Assembly (NCBI GenBank): GCA_963788655.1
Contig: CAWBHS010000002.1
Location: 1-64,000 of the forward strand
Direction: 5' to 3'
Length of the DNA: 64,000 bases
DNA from: an uncultured Verrucomicrobiae bacterium
Lineage (GTDB): Bacteria > Verrucomicrobiota > Verrucomicrobiia > Limisphaerales > JAFGQR01
The notes below the pieces were generated by a model. The model saw nothing but the letters and a program-made list of their open reading frames with translations. It did no database searches and was not told the DNA's origin. A program made the translations under genes and the position numbers. Positions 30,847-41,144 of the stretch are shown piece by piece; within the stretch, counting starts at the first letter, position 1; each line of letters starts with the position of its first letter.

Positions 30847-31049
30847 GTTCCCCCTCACCCTGACCCCCTCCCTCGGGGAGAGGGAACAGCCGGCGTGCGA
30901 CGATTGATGTTCGATTGTGCTGCAATCAGATGGCGCTTGCGCATGCCTTGAAAAAAACGGCGCCGACCATGGGAGGGACTTCAATCGCTGTATCCAACGG
31001 TCGATGGTTCTCCCTCTCCCCATGGGAGAGGGCCGGGGTGAGGGGGAAC
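30847..31049. repeat. Inverted pair of CCCTCACCC/GGGAGAGGG palindromic repeats
   Basis: GTTCCCCCTCACCCTGACCCCCTCCC... and ...GGGAGAGGGCCGGGGTGAGGGGGAAC; relatives at ~5197-5237 and ~19315-19351. Confidence 0.75.
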
Positions 31050-31124
31050 ATACCGTTGAATCTCGATGGAGGCGAACGGACCACCTGTCAACCGCATCAC
31101 AGTTCTCTTTTGTTCGCAAGGTCT

Positions 31125-34034
31125 TCATGGTTTCGGGCGGGCGGTGAGCGTTTCGAAATAGCGCTCGACGATGTCATTGTATTCCTCGATGAGTGACTCC
31201 GAGGACACCGCACCGGATTGGCGGTTGACGGGATTGAGGTTCTTCATCACGTCTGGCTTGTCCGCGTCGGCGACGGCTGAGCCGCCAGGTAAACCCGGTT
31301 CGCCTTTGCCGAGTTTGTTGGACTGGTTGATTTCCTCGCGACCGCGCACAGCGGCCTTCTCGTTGCCGAGCACGTCCAACGTCGAGCCGTCCGTTACGGC
31401 GTAGCCGGAGGTGCCAGCCTCGCCTTCGCCCATGCCACGCTGCATACCGGGCTTCATGCCAGCGCCGCCGAACTTCCGGCTGCGGGCCATCTGCGCGAAA
31501 TTGTTCCCCGGTTTCATGCCGCGCTGGAGGGTCAGGTAGCTGTCCAATTCGTTGCACGACGGACAATTCCCGGAGCCCTGGCACTCGCTGAAGAGGCTCT
31601 CCATGTCGCTGCGCAGGCGCTCCGAACGCTGGTGAGATTGCTCGCCCTGAGCGGCCAGCATCGAGCGGGTCGCGTTGTTGGCCTGAATGTTCAAACGAAG
31701 TTCCTGCATCTGACCGGCCAGGTTGCGGCCGCTCTTGGCGGCCTTGGGGAATTTCTTTTCCGCGGCATCAGCATCCTTGCGCAATTTGTCTTCCAGTTGC
31801 TTGAGCAAACCAGCCACTTGCTGTTCGGTGCCGGCAAAAGACTTCAGGGCCAGTTGCTCTTCGCGATTCAGTTGGCCGGCGCGATTGTAAGCACGGGTCT
31901 GCTCGGCCAGTTCCTGCTGGACGCGATAAAGCGCTTCGAACTGGTTGAAGTCCTTCATCAGTTCCTGCATCTGGCTCATTTCCGCCAGCGTATCGAGAAC
32001 CTGCTGCTGAGTTTTTTGTTGCGCCCCGCCCAGCCGCTCGACTTGTTCCTGCGAAGCCTGCGCGAACTCATCCAGCATCCCCGGCGTCATCTGCCGCGCA
32101 CCGTTGGGCAGCGAACTGCGCTGGGCAATCTGGCCGGCGGTGGCGTTATTGGTCTGCGTGCTTTGGCGGATGGTTTGTGCTTGCTGCTGGAGCAGGTCGC
32201 GCAGTTCCTTTTCCACGTCATACAAGGGGTTTTCCCGGACAAAATTGTCCATACGCTCGGCGTGTTGGTTGAGCTTTTGATTCAACTCATTCTGCCGGGC
32301 CAGCAACTGGTCGAGCTTGCGCGTGAGTTCGTCACGATCCTGCGCGTCCGGGTCAGTCAGTTCTTTTTTCAACCCGTCGGCTTGTTCGCCGAGTTTTTTT
32401 TGCTGTTCGATCAAGTCCTGCAAATCGTCCTTGAGCAAGGCGTACTTGGCCTCGATGTCCGTCAGGTCGGTTTGTTCGCGGAGGAAATTGTTGTAATCCT
32501 CGATGCTGATCACCATCAACTGCACCGTCTGGCTGCGGACCAGGTGCGGTTGCGGCGCGGTATCGATGGCTTCCGCAAACAAGGAAATCACATCACCGGG
32601 CTGAACGCCGAGCGTGGCAAAATCGAACTTCAACGTCTCGCGGGCGTTGCGCGTCACGGTATCGTAATCAATCACCTTGGGCACCGAGTAAACGCCGTTC
32701 AAAGCGCGGTGCAGCCGGACGTGATGCAAACCGTAGTCGTCGCTCGCTTCGATGGTGGCTTCGAGTTTGAAATCCATCGCCACAAAGCAGTCTTTCTCCG
32801 GTTCCACAATGCGCACCTCAGGCGGCAGATCGTGCGTCACCGTCAGAGCGCCCTCCCAATGGTCCTGCGAAGCGATGCGATCCACGTCTGTCAGTTCGAA
32901 TCGCAACCGGCCCGAGCGTTCCGCGGTGAAACTGCCGACCACTTCGTTTTCGTTCGTGGGCGACATCGTGATTCGTTGAGGCGGTTGCTGGCCGCCGGTG
33001 AGTTCCAAGATCCCGTCGTGCAACGGACGATTGGAACGGAGGCGGAATTGGATTTCGCTGCCCGCGAGCGCCTGCACCCCGTCGAAGCGATACGGCTTTT
33101 CCTCCGGCGCCAGACCGGTGTAGGCCGGCGGCGTGACTTTCACAAACGATTGCTCCAACTGCGGCGTGAGGATCAGCCCGATGCGGGTTTTGCGTGAGCG
33201 GCTGAGCCCGTCCTTGGTGTGCGCATACACCACCAACTCGCTGCGGATGTTTTCCAATTGTTGTTGGAAGCCGCCACTGCCTTTGTCGAACATGGGGAGC
33301 GTGATGGCTTGTTCCGGATGCTCGGGTGGATGCGCGGTGAGGTAAGCCTCCTTCGGGTGATGGCCGGAAGCCTGCACTTTGACCACGAAGTTTTTCCCGT
33401 AAATCACGTTGGTACCGGTCGAACCCGGTTCCAGGATTTCAAGTTGCGTAAACGAGTATGGGGGATGGTCCCCGAACGGATCAGCGAACCGCAACACTTC
33501 GACGGCCGTGACTTTAAAGAAGCCCGCCAGGAAGGCAACGAACAGCAACAGGCCCCACGCGGCGCGGCGCAGTTGCCGGCGCACTTCGTCGGTGCGCGCC
33601 AAGCGGCGGAAATCCATGTCCATGAGATTGACCGCGTAGTCATCGACTGCCAGTTGGGCCAATCGCCGGGTGGTAGGAACGAGGTTTTGGTCGGTGGTTT
33701 GGGTCTGCAATTGCAGCAGGTTGATGAGCTTCGAGCCCATGGCTTCGTCGCGACTTTCGAGGAACCGGGCGACGCGCTCCAAACGATTGCGACGGACGTA
33801 AGCAACGTAGGCGCCCGCGGCGAACAACAGTGCCACACCCGCCGCGAGCCCCGCCAGCAACGACAGCCGCCAGCCAGCGTTCAAGTGCAACGCCACGTCG
33901 AGGATGAAACAGGCCAGGATGAAGGCGAGCACGAACTTCACACTGCGGAGCAACAGGCTGCCTCCCGCCTCCTTTTGGTGGACCCGGTCCGCCCAGGCGA
34001 GCCGGTTCAGAATCTTTTGCGCATCGCTTAACAT
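31125..34034 (-). CDS. Large membrane-anchored coiled-coil protein (DUF4175-like)
   Basis: N-terminal TM helices, TPPAYTG, DLPPEV...ASDDYGL, long Gln-rich coiled coil, EEY...VERYF terminus. Confidence 0.65.
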   Translation of the reverse strand: MLSDAQKILNRLAWADRVHQKEAGGSLLLRSVKFVLAFILACFILDVALHLNAGWRLSLLAGLAAGVALLFAAGAYVAYVRRNRLERVARFLESRDEAMGSKLINLLQLQTQTTDQNLVPTTRRLAQLAVDDYAVNLMDMDFRRLARTDEVRRQLRRAAWGLLLFVAFLAGFFKVTAVEVLRFADPFGDHPPYSFTQLEILEPGSTGTNVIYGKNFVVKVQASGHHPKEAYLTAHPPEHPEQAITLPMFDKGSGGFQQQLENIRSELVVYAHTKDGLSRSRKTRIGLILTPQLEQSFVKVTPPAYTGLAPEEKPYRFDGVQALAGSEIQFRLRSNRPLHDGILELTGGQQPPQRITMSPTNENEVVGSFTAERSGRLRFELTDVDRIASQDHWEGALTVTHDLPPEVRIVEPEKDCFVAMDFKLEATIEASDDYGLHHVRLHRALNGVYSVPKVIDYDTVTRNARETLKFDFATLGVQPGDVISLFAEAIDTAPQPHLVRSQTVQLMVISIEDYNNFLREQTDLTDIEAKYALLKDDLQDLIEQQKKLGEQADGLKKELTDPDAQDRDELTRKLDQLLARQNELNQKLNQHAERMDNFVRENPLYDVEKELRDLLQQQAQTIRQSTQTNNATAGQIAQRSSLPNGARQMTPGMLDEFAQASQEQVERLGGAQQKTQQQVLDTLAEMSQMQELMKDFNQFEALYRVQQELAEQTRAYNRAGQLNREEQLALKSFAGTEQQVAGLLKQLEDKLRKDADAAEKKFPKAAKSGRNLAGQMQELRLNIQANNATRSMLAAQGEQSHQRSERLRSDMESLFSECQGSGNCPSCNELDSYLTLQRGMKPGNNFAQMARSRKFGGAGMKPGMQRGMGEGEAGTSGYAVTDGSTLDVLGNEKAAVRGREEINQSNKLGKGEPGLPGGSAVADADKPDVMKNLNPVNRQSGAVSSESLIEEYNDIVERYFETLTARPKP

Positions 34035-36226
34035 AGACCCCACCGTCTTCTTAAGAACCAATCAACGCCGAACAGTAACCCAGCCAGATAAAAAACCCAA
34101 GTCTCATTCCAGATCGGACACAACCGCGTTTTCGGCGTCAAATCCGCCGTCTGGTTGCCCAACTCCACCATCAACTGCTTGAGTTCGTCCTGGTTCAACA
34201 ATCGCCCGCCGCTGGTTTCGCACAACCGCCGCAAATAGGCAACATCGGTGGCCACTTCGGTTTCCTCGAAGTTTTCCGTAAACACGATGAACCGCGATTC
34301 CTGTCGGGTGCCGTCCGGGAACTTGGCTTCGACCCGATAGCGGCCCAATTGCGTCGGCAGAAACTCGGCCACCAGCCGCGTCGAGTCGCCGGGCGTGCCC
34401 ATCAGGTTGGCCCGGCCGGCTTCCTGGTCGCGATAATAAATCGTGAGCGGCACGGATTTCACACTGGGATCCGGCCGGCGCAGGACCAGGCGGAAGTAGA
34501 TTTTTTCTCCCAACAGAATGTTCGCGGAACTGGTGCGAAACGAAAACTGTGCGGAAGGAATGAAGTCGCGGCCCGCGAGCAGCCAGAGAATGGTTTGGTC
34601 CCAGAACCGGTCGAAGGGCGTGTTGGCGCCTTCGACCTTGGCGTTCAAACCCCAACGCCACAAACCGGCCACGGCGATGCTGACCACTTGACCCCGCCCA
34701 TAGCGACGATGCACCAGGGCGGGCACTGGCTTGCCGCCGTAACGATCGGCGGCCAGCGCGAGCGTGGAGGTCAATGGCTTGGTTTCTTTGGCCTCCTGGA
34801 CGGAGAGCACTTCGGGCAATTCTTCAAGGCCGCCGGCGTTCTGATTCAACGATTGCAATGCGGACGCATTACGGCCTTCGGCGGTGGCTTCCAGGCGCAG
34901 GTCGCGGCCGGTGCTTTGGCCCCAGATGACGGGTTCTAATTCGCTGCCCGTGCCGCCGTTGGCGAAGGCCGGTCCGCGACTGAAGATGACCGTGCCGCCC
35001 AAGTCTTTCACGCACTGTGTAAGCCCGTCGATTTGTCGGCTGTTCAACAGGCTGTCCACGGCGCGGCCCAGAATGATCACGTCGTAGTGATTAAATTCTT
35101 CCGCCGTGGTGGGCACCACCAGTTCGCCGGCGTTTTCCGCTTTGCGAATGGCTCGGAATTTGGAACGTCCATAACTGACAAGGGAATCCACTTCGAACTT
35201 GTCGTTGCGCATCAGCGAACGCTGGAGAAACGTCGTGTCCCAGTACGGATCGCCTTCGAGAATCAGCACGCGGATTTGCTGGTCGATCACGTTGAGGTAG
35301 GTGATGGCGCTGTTGTTGTCGTTATCGACCTCGTGGTCCAGCGGTTGCACGCGCACCTCGTATTCGTATTGGCCGGTTTCGGGTTCGATGACTTCAAACT
35401 CGACCGGCAGCTCCTGAAACTCATCGGCGTTCAACCGTTTGGTCTGCACCACCTGACCCTGCCGGAGCAATTGGACGTTGAGCTGCTCGTATTCGCAACC
35501 GATCAAACGCAAGCCCGCCGTGATGCGCGCTTGCTGCTTCACGTAACAGTAGGGTTGAAAGCTCGTGATGCGCGCCGAGACATCGCGGACCTTGCCCTGT
35601 TTGCCAATCGGCACGGCGTAGATTGGTGTCTGGCGGCTGCGCGCAGCGGCGCCGGTTTTGGCGGGATTCATCAATTCAAAATCGTGACCGTCAGTAAGCA
35701 GGATCAGGGCGTTCGCGGCTTCGTTCCGGGCCAGCGTGCTGAGAGCGGTTACGACCGATTTGTGGAAGTGCGTGGTCTTGTCGTGCGATGCCAGGTCGAA
35801 CACCGAGGTGTTGACGGGGCGAGTGTCTTCACCGAACTCGAACAGCCGTACTCGCGGGTCTTCCGGCAGTCCGGATTTGGGCAGCGCTTCGGATTCGAGC
35901 AGAATGTTCCGCGCCGCTTCGTAACGGGTGGCGCCGTTGACGTCCCGTTGTTTCATGCTCAATGACGTGTCCAGCGCGAGCAAGGTCACGCGGTTTTGGG
36001 TCGGCGGGGGAATCTTTTCGACGCGTGAAGGTTGCAGCAACAACAACAGAATGACGATTATCCCGGCCAGCCGAAACACGAGCAGCGCCCCATTCTGCCA
36101 GCGTCCAATCGCCGTCCCCACGCGCAAGTACAGCCGCACCGTCAACACCGCCATCACCAGCGCCAGCAGGACAATCACCGGCACCGGCAGGATCGGATCG
36201 AAGACGATGTTGGTTGCGGAGGGCAT
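34028..36226 (-). CDS. vWA-domain membrane protein
   Basis: LDTSLSM (MIDAS), LLTDG, RRYGRG, WFLRRRWGL terminus. Confidence 0.75.
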   Translation of the reverse strand: MPSATNIVFDPILPVPVIVLLALVMAVLTVRLYLRVGTAIGRWQNGALLVFRLAGIIVILLLLLQPSRVEKIPPPTQNRVTLLALDTSLSMKQRDVNGATRYEAARNILLESEALPKSGLPEDPRVRLFEFGEDTRPVNTSVFDLASHDKTTHFHKSVVTALSTLARNEAANALILLTDGHDFELMNPAKTGAAARSRQTPIYAVPIGKQGKVRDVSARITSFQPYCYVKQQARITAGLRLIGCEYEQLNVQLLRQGQVVQTKRLNADEFQELPVEFEVIEPETGQYEYEVRVQPLDHEVDNDNNSAITYLNVIDQQIRVLILEGDPYWDTTFLQRSLMRNDKFEVDSLVSYGRSKFRAIRKAENAGELVVPTTAEEFNHYDVIILGRAVDSLLNSRQIDGLTQCVKDLGGTVIFSRGPAFANGGTGSELEPVIWGQSTGRDLRLEATAEGRNASALQSLNQNAGGLEELPEVLSVQEAKETKPLTSTLALAADRYGGKPVPALVHRRYGRGQVVSIAVAGLWRWGLNAKVEGANTPFDRFWDQTILWLLAGRDFIPSAQFSFRTSSANILLGEKIYFRLVLRRPDPSVKSVPLTIYYRDQEAGRANLMGTPGDSTRLVAEFLPTQLGRYRVEAKFPDGTRQESRFIVFTENFEETEVATDVAYLRRLCETSGGRLLNQDELKQLMVELGNQTADLTPKTRLCPIWNETWVFYLAGLLFGVDWFLRRRWGLC

Positions 36227-36368
36227 GGGAGACAATTCAGGTTAACCGTAGATGGAGGCGATGCGGCAACGCCGTGACCGATGTGGTTGAAACGTTAAAG
36301 AGTTGGAGGATTGAAAAGGCAGAGAGTCTGCGAAGGCGGTGCGATTCTCCAGTCCAAGCCAGCGATCA

Positions 36369-36538
36369 GGTAGGGCGAGACTCCGTCGAGCCCTGATTTC
36401 CCTGAGCGCGTTCGTCAACAAACAACCGTTCGAAGGGCAATCCTTGACGGTCGAACGCCAAACACGTCCCACGGTATCGCTATCGGGTACACTAAAACGA
36501 TGCGGGGAAGTCAGGGCTCGACGGAGTCTCGCCCTACC
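36369..36538. repeat. REPIN with perfect 28-bp arms (GTAGGGCGAGACTC family)
   Basis: GGTAGGGCGAGACTCCGTCGAGCCCTGA at 36369-36396 and its reverse complement at 36511-36538. Confidence 0.88.
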
Positions 36539-36612
36539 TTTGGTGATCGCTCGTGAATTGGACATTGGGGTCTTGGACATTCTCTGGAACTTGGTCATTG
36601 GTCATTGGTCAT

Positions 36613-38694
36613 TCATCCGCCGATCTTCCGCACCAGGTATTGGAATCCGGTTTCGATCATCAGGAACAGCATTCCGGCCAGCAGAAACCAATGGAACATG
36701 GGCCGGCCTTTGGCCAATTCTTCAAAATCAGCCTGCCCAGCCACAAAATGCGCCGGCCGGTTTGCGGCGAATTCAGTGGGCAACACTTCCTTGTCAATCG
36801 GCCGCAAATCCGCTTCGTCCGGGCTGGTGTTCACTGCAAACGCATAATGCGGCCGCGGCCGGCCCAGGGTGTAAAAGCCGAGTTGGTCCGGCGTGAAAGA
36901 CAGGCTGTAGCGGTCGCCCTCGACTTCGCGTTTGACGGTGACGCTCGTGCCGGCCGGGCTGAGCAAGTCGGCGTCTTTCATTTCGCGACGCCAGACTTCG
37001 GTGTGCAGCGTGTCGCCAATCGTGTAGGCCGCGGGCGGCGGTTCGTGCATTGAGACCGCTTTGACCAGGTCCTGCACCCACGCGGGGAAAATGCGTTGCC
37101 GGGCGAGGTTGCTGGAAAATTCGCTCGCGGAAAAATTCAGCAGCACCAGCGTGCCCAATCCATGGTGCATCACGGCCATGGCGGGCGATTCGTCCGCGTA
37201 GTACAACAACACATTGCCGGCGCCGGTCGCGCTGCCCTGGTAATAATCGTAAAACTCCAGCAAGCCCAGATCCTGCCGCGTGGCGCCGCGGAACAGTTTC
37301 AAATAGCGCGACCGGAAATCGCCGCGGACAATCTGTTGCGCGCCGGTGACCACGTTGGTGGCGGTACGTTTCTGCGTCAGCACGACCGGCATGGTGTCCG
37401 GTGCAGTGGCTTGTTCGAGCGCTTTCAAGTTGTCATTGTCGGCAATGCCATCAAGGAAATAGATCAAGCCGCCGCCTTGAAACAGGAAGTGCGCCAAGGC
37501 CTTGCACGCCTCCGGCGGCAAATAGTTCACTTGGGTGAAGAACACTTTGCCCACGCCGGCCAGCCGACTGGACGACAGTTCCTTGGACGGAATGATGCGC
37601 GGGAGCAACGAGCCACCTTCATTGGCGAACGGGTTGAGCGCGGTTTTGAGAAAGAAACTGCCGCTGCGGGTATCCTGCGGACCATCGGTAACGATCAATA
37701 CTTCCTCTTTTTCCTGCACGGCAATGGTGAGAAAGAAACGGTTGTCCAACTCGAGTGCATCGGGCGGCAGCCGGACTTCGCACGTGTGCAGTCCCGGACT
37801 GCCAGCGGGCAGCGGCAGGGTGACTTTGCCTTCGGACCAGGGCGCAATCGAAACGGTCTGGTCGAAGCTGAACCGTTCCTCGAGGACGACGGTCACCCGG
37901 TCATTGAACAGTTCGGCACTGAAGTTGCCGACGGTGACCTCCAGCATCACCGTGTCGCCGGCGAGAATCTGCGATTGATTCAACCGGGCATCGAGGATGG
38001 CGCGGTTGGCGCGGCGGGTGGGGCCGACATCGACGAAATACAATTTGGCTTCCGGCGGCACGGACGTGAAGTCGGCATTGGCCCAGTTCTTCCGCTGGAA
38101 ATCGGAAATGTAATAGACTTCGGGCCGCGGCGTTTTGCGGGAGAACAACCGTGCCGCCGTGGCATTGGCCTGGTTGACGTCGCCACGGCCGAGGCCCGGT
38201 TTGAGCAGCGCCAGGAAACGTTTGGCTTCGGCGTGGTCCTTCGAGAAGTTCACGAAGCATGTCGAGGGACTCTGCTCCATCAGCAGAATGTTCACGAGGT
38301 CGTTGGCGCCGAGGGTTTCGATCAGCTTGCCCGCTTCGTGTACGGCGCGCTCCCGCGACGAGGGCCCATCGCCCTTGTGCTCCATGCTCACCGAATGGTC
38401 GAGTACGATCAGCACGTGTCGTTCGCCTTTGGCATTGGGATCGGCGCCGAACCGGCGGAGGATCGGTTGCAGGAAAGCGAGCAGGAGCAACAAAATAAAC
38501 GCCGTGCGCAACAGCAGCAGAATCAGGTGACGCCATTTGTGAAGTTTTGACCGCTGCGCCATGGTTTCCTTGATTAGTGCCACCGACGGAAACTTGAAAT
38601 GCCGCGGGAACCCTTTGTTCAACAGATGAATCACCACCGGCAACGCCAGCAACGGCAGCAACGCGCTCAACAAGGCTGGGCTGAGAAAGCTCAT
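36613..38694 (-). CDS. BatA N-terminal + vWA domain protein
   Basis: MSFLSP...LPVVIHLL...FPS...LLLLR; VLDHSVSM; ISDFQ. Confidence 0.85.
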   Translation of the reverse strand: MSFLSPALLSALLPLLALPVVIHLLNKGFPRHFKFPSVALIKETMAQRSKLHKWRHLILLLLRTAFILLLLLAFLQPILRRFGADPNAKGERHVLIVLDHSVSMEHKGDGPSSRERAVHEAGKLIETLGANDLVNILLMEQSPSTCFVNFSKDHAEAKRFLALLKPGLGRGDVNQANATAARLFSRKTPRPEVYYISDFQRKNWANADFTSVPPEAKLYFVDVGPTRRANRAILDARLNQSQILAGDTVMLEVTVGNFSAELFNDRVTVVLEERFSFDQTVSIAPWSEGKVTLPLPAGSPGLHTCEVRLPPDALELDNRFFLTIAVQEKEEVLIVTDGPQDTRSGSFFLKTALNPFANEGGSLLPRIIPSKELSSSRLAGVGKVFFTQVNYLPPEACKALAHFLFQGGGLIYFLDGIADNDNLKALEQATAPDTMPVVLTQKRTATNVVTGAQQIVRGDFRSRYLKLFRGATRQDLGLLEFYDYYQGSATGAGNVLLYYADESPAMAVMHHGLGTLVLLNFSASEFSSNLARQRIFPAWVQDLVKAVSMHEPPPAAYTIGDTLHTEVWRREMKDADLLSPAGTSVTVKREVEGDRYSLSFTPDQLGFYTLGRPRPHYAFAVNTSPDEADLRPIDKEVLPTEFAANRPAHFVAGQADFEELAKGRPMFHWFLLAGMLFLMIETGFQYLVRKIGG

Positions 38695-39749
38695 TTTACC
38701 CGTAGCGAATTCCTTCCGCGGAATCCCAGATACGCCTCGATGGCGTCCACATACGGATTCTCCGTACTGACCAGCGCATGGCTGACCTGACGTTCGTTGG
38801 CGCCGCGGGCCAGGTCATCGATGCTTTGGCGCACCCGTTCGCGGTAGGCTCGGCGAATTTCCTCCGGTTCGACCTCGACCAATTCGCGCGTTTCCATGTC
38901 TTCGAAACGCGCGGCGTTCACCGAAGGCAGATTCAGTTCATCCGGATCAACGACGTGCAGCAACAGGATTTCGAACTTGCGATAAATAAACTGCCCCAGC
39001 GCCTCGAAGAATTCGGGCTGGTCGGTCAAGAAATCCGAGAGGATGACAATGCGCCCGCGCTTCTTGAACAGCGGATTGCACTCCTGCAACGCCTGGGCCA
39101 TGCCGGTCGTCGCGGAAGGCTGCACGCGCTCCAGTTCCATGACCAGGCTGTGCAAATGCCGGCGGGTGCCGCCGGGTGCCAGGAACTGGTTGACGGTCTC
39201 GGCAAACAGCGCCAGCGCCGCTTTGTCGCCCTGATGGATCATCAGGTAAGCCAGCGCTGCCGCAATCTTCGCGGCGAGCAGATACTTCGACTGCCGTCCG
39301 GTGCCGGCGTAATTCATCGACGCGCTCACATCCACCAACAGGTAGATCACCATGTCGGTTTCCTCTTCATACTGGCGCACGAACAACCGGCGGGTCCGAC
39401 CAAACACACGCCAATCAACCCGCTTGAGTTCGTCGCCCGGAACGTATTCCTTGTAATCGGCGAACTCGACGGACGAACCGTGGTACGGTGACTTGTGTTT
39501 GCCGGTGAAATAGCCTTCAACAGTCGCACGTGCGAAAACCAGGAGATCCTTGAATCGGTCCAGTTCCCCCGGGGTCAGGATCTGGACTTTGCGCGGCGGC
39601 TGGAACATCGGCCACGACGGCTTGAGATGCGCCGGCAACTGTACCTTGAGCGGTGCCTTGGTCGCGTTCGTCAACACCGGCGGAACGCGTGGCGGCACGC
39701 TGCCGATGATGGGTGGTTTGGGAAGGGAATCGGGCATTGCAGACGTCAA
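38691..39749 (-). CDS. DUF58 domain protein
   Basis: GKHKSPYHGSSVEFADYKEYVPGDE...VDW; DVSASM; LSDF. Confidence 0.9.
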   Translation of the reverse strand: MTSAMPDSLPKPPIIGSVPPRVPPVLTNATKAPLKVQLPAHLKPSWPMFQPPRKVQILTPGELDRFKDLLVFARATVEGYFTGKHKSPYHGSSVEFADYKEYVPGDELKRVDWRVFGRTRRLFVRQYEEETDMVIYLLVDVSASMNYAGTGRQSKYLLAAKIAAALAYLMIHQGDKAALALFAETVNQFLAPGGTRRHLHSLVMELERVQPSATTGMAQALQECNPLFKKRGRIVILSDFLTDQPEFFEALGQFIYRKFEILLLHVVDPDELNLPSVNAARFEDMETRELVEVEPEEIRRAYRERVRQSIDDLARGANERQVSHALVSTENPYVDAIEAYLGFRGRNSLRVK

Positions 39750-40730
39750 TACGACTGTTCCTTCACTTGCAAAATCATGCTTTGCACCACGTCACGGGAC
39801 TTCTTACCCGCGCCCGTGGCCCGGTAATTGGTAATCACTCGGTGCTGCAACACGTGGACCGCCACTTCGCGGACATCCTCGGTTTCCGGGCTGATCCGGC
39901 CTTTCAACAGCGCCAGCGCTTTGGCGCCGAGGATCATGTATTGCGAGGCGCGCGGACCGGCGCCCCATTCCACATAATCGCGCGCGGTTTGCAAGGCGTG
40001 CGGACTGTTCGGGCGGGTGGCCGCCGCCAACGACACCGCGTAGTCAATCACGTGATCCGACACCGGCGCCGCCAGAACCAGCCGTTGCACCCGCAGCAAT
40101 TCTTCACCGGCGATGGTCGGCGTGAGGGTCGGCAGTTCGCGCAACGTGGTTCGCTTCACGATTTCCATTTCCTCCTCCTTGTTCGGATAGTCCAGGTGCA
40201 AGGAATACATGAACCGGTCGAGTTGCGCCTCGGGCAAGCGGATAGGTGCCTTCCTGCTCGATGGGATTCTGCGTGGCGACGACCAGAAACGGGTCCGGCA
40301 ACGCCCGCGATTTGCCGGCGATGGTGACCTTGCGCTCTTGCATCGCCTCGAGCAGGGCGGCCTGCGTTTTGGGTGGGGTGCGATTGATTTCGTCGGCCAG
40401 GATGAGATTGGCGAAGATCGGGCCCTGCTGATATTCGTATTCGAGGCGGCTGTCGCGTTCCTGCAACACTTCCGAACCGATGATGTCGCTGGGCATCAGG
40501 TCGGGGGTGAATTGGATACGCTTGAAGCTCAGTTGCAGGATCTCGGCCAGCGTCTTGACCAGCAGCGTCTTCGCCAGACCAGGCACCCCGACCAGCAGGC
40601 AATGCCCGCGGGAAAACAGGCTCGCCAGCAGCAACCGCACAATCTGCTCCTGGCCGACAATGACCTTGCTCAATTCGTCCGTGATCCGCTGATACAGCGC
40701 GTTGATCTCCCTGGGTGAAATGTCGTTCAT
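39746..40730 (-). CDS. moxR: MoxR-family AAA+ ATPase (frameshift ~40235)
   Basis: [53 protein letters not shown]. Confidence 0.92.
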
Positions 40731-40828
40731 GTTATCGTTTCTTGTGCCGATCTTGTGCGCGAATTTTATTCCCACCCATTGGACAAAGCCAATGACAAAC
40801 TGGGTCGGAAAATATTAATGACCGACGA

Positions 40829-41041
40829 ACAATGACTCAATGTCCAATGGCCAAATCCCAGAGAAGGGCCAAGGCCCAAACTCCAATGGCCGAATGGTAG
40901 GGCAAGACTCTGTCGAGCCCTACCGGGAGGAAGTTGAGGGTGCCAGGCATTAGCGCGCCAGCGTCCTGGAGTGCGGCAGTCCTCTGCCGCTTTCGAATAG
41001 CAGCGGTGCCTCCGAAAGCGGCCGAGGACTGCCGCACTCCA
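40829..41041. repeat. Repeat cluster: CAATGNC heptamers, GTAGGGC REP, GGAGTGCG REPIN
   Basis: Heptamers 40829-40896; GGTAGGGCAAGACTCTGTCGAGCCCTACC 40896-40924; GGAGTGCGGCAGTCCTC...GAGGACTGCCGCACTCC 40968-41040. Confidence 0.8.
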
Positions 41042-41144
41042 AAACTTGGCGGACATACGGATCGGTTCGCGGGAAGCCGAGCTGGCGGTGACACAACCGC
41101 GGGCTCGTTCACCTTGGGCGCCACCGGCAGGTCGGCGACTCAAC

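Noticed and set aside
30772..31128. Long N-terminal extension of the DUF4159 ORF, and ORFs 36242-36598, 40766-41269 and 19194-19481
   Set aside because: They translate REP and palindrome DNA (e.g. PSPRPSP, GVRVRG, ARLRRAL).
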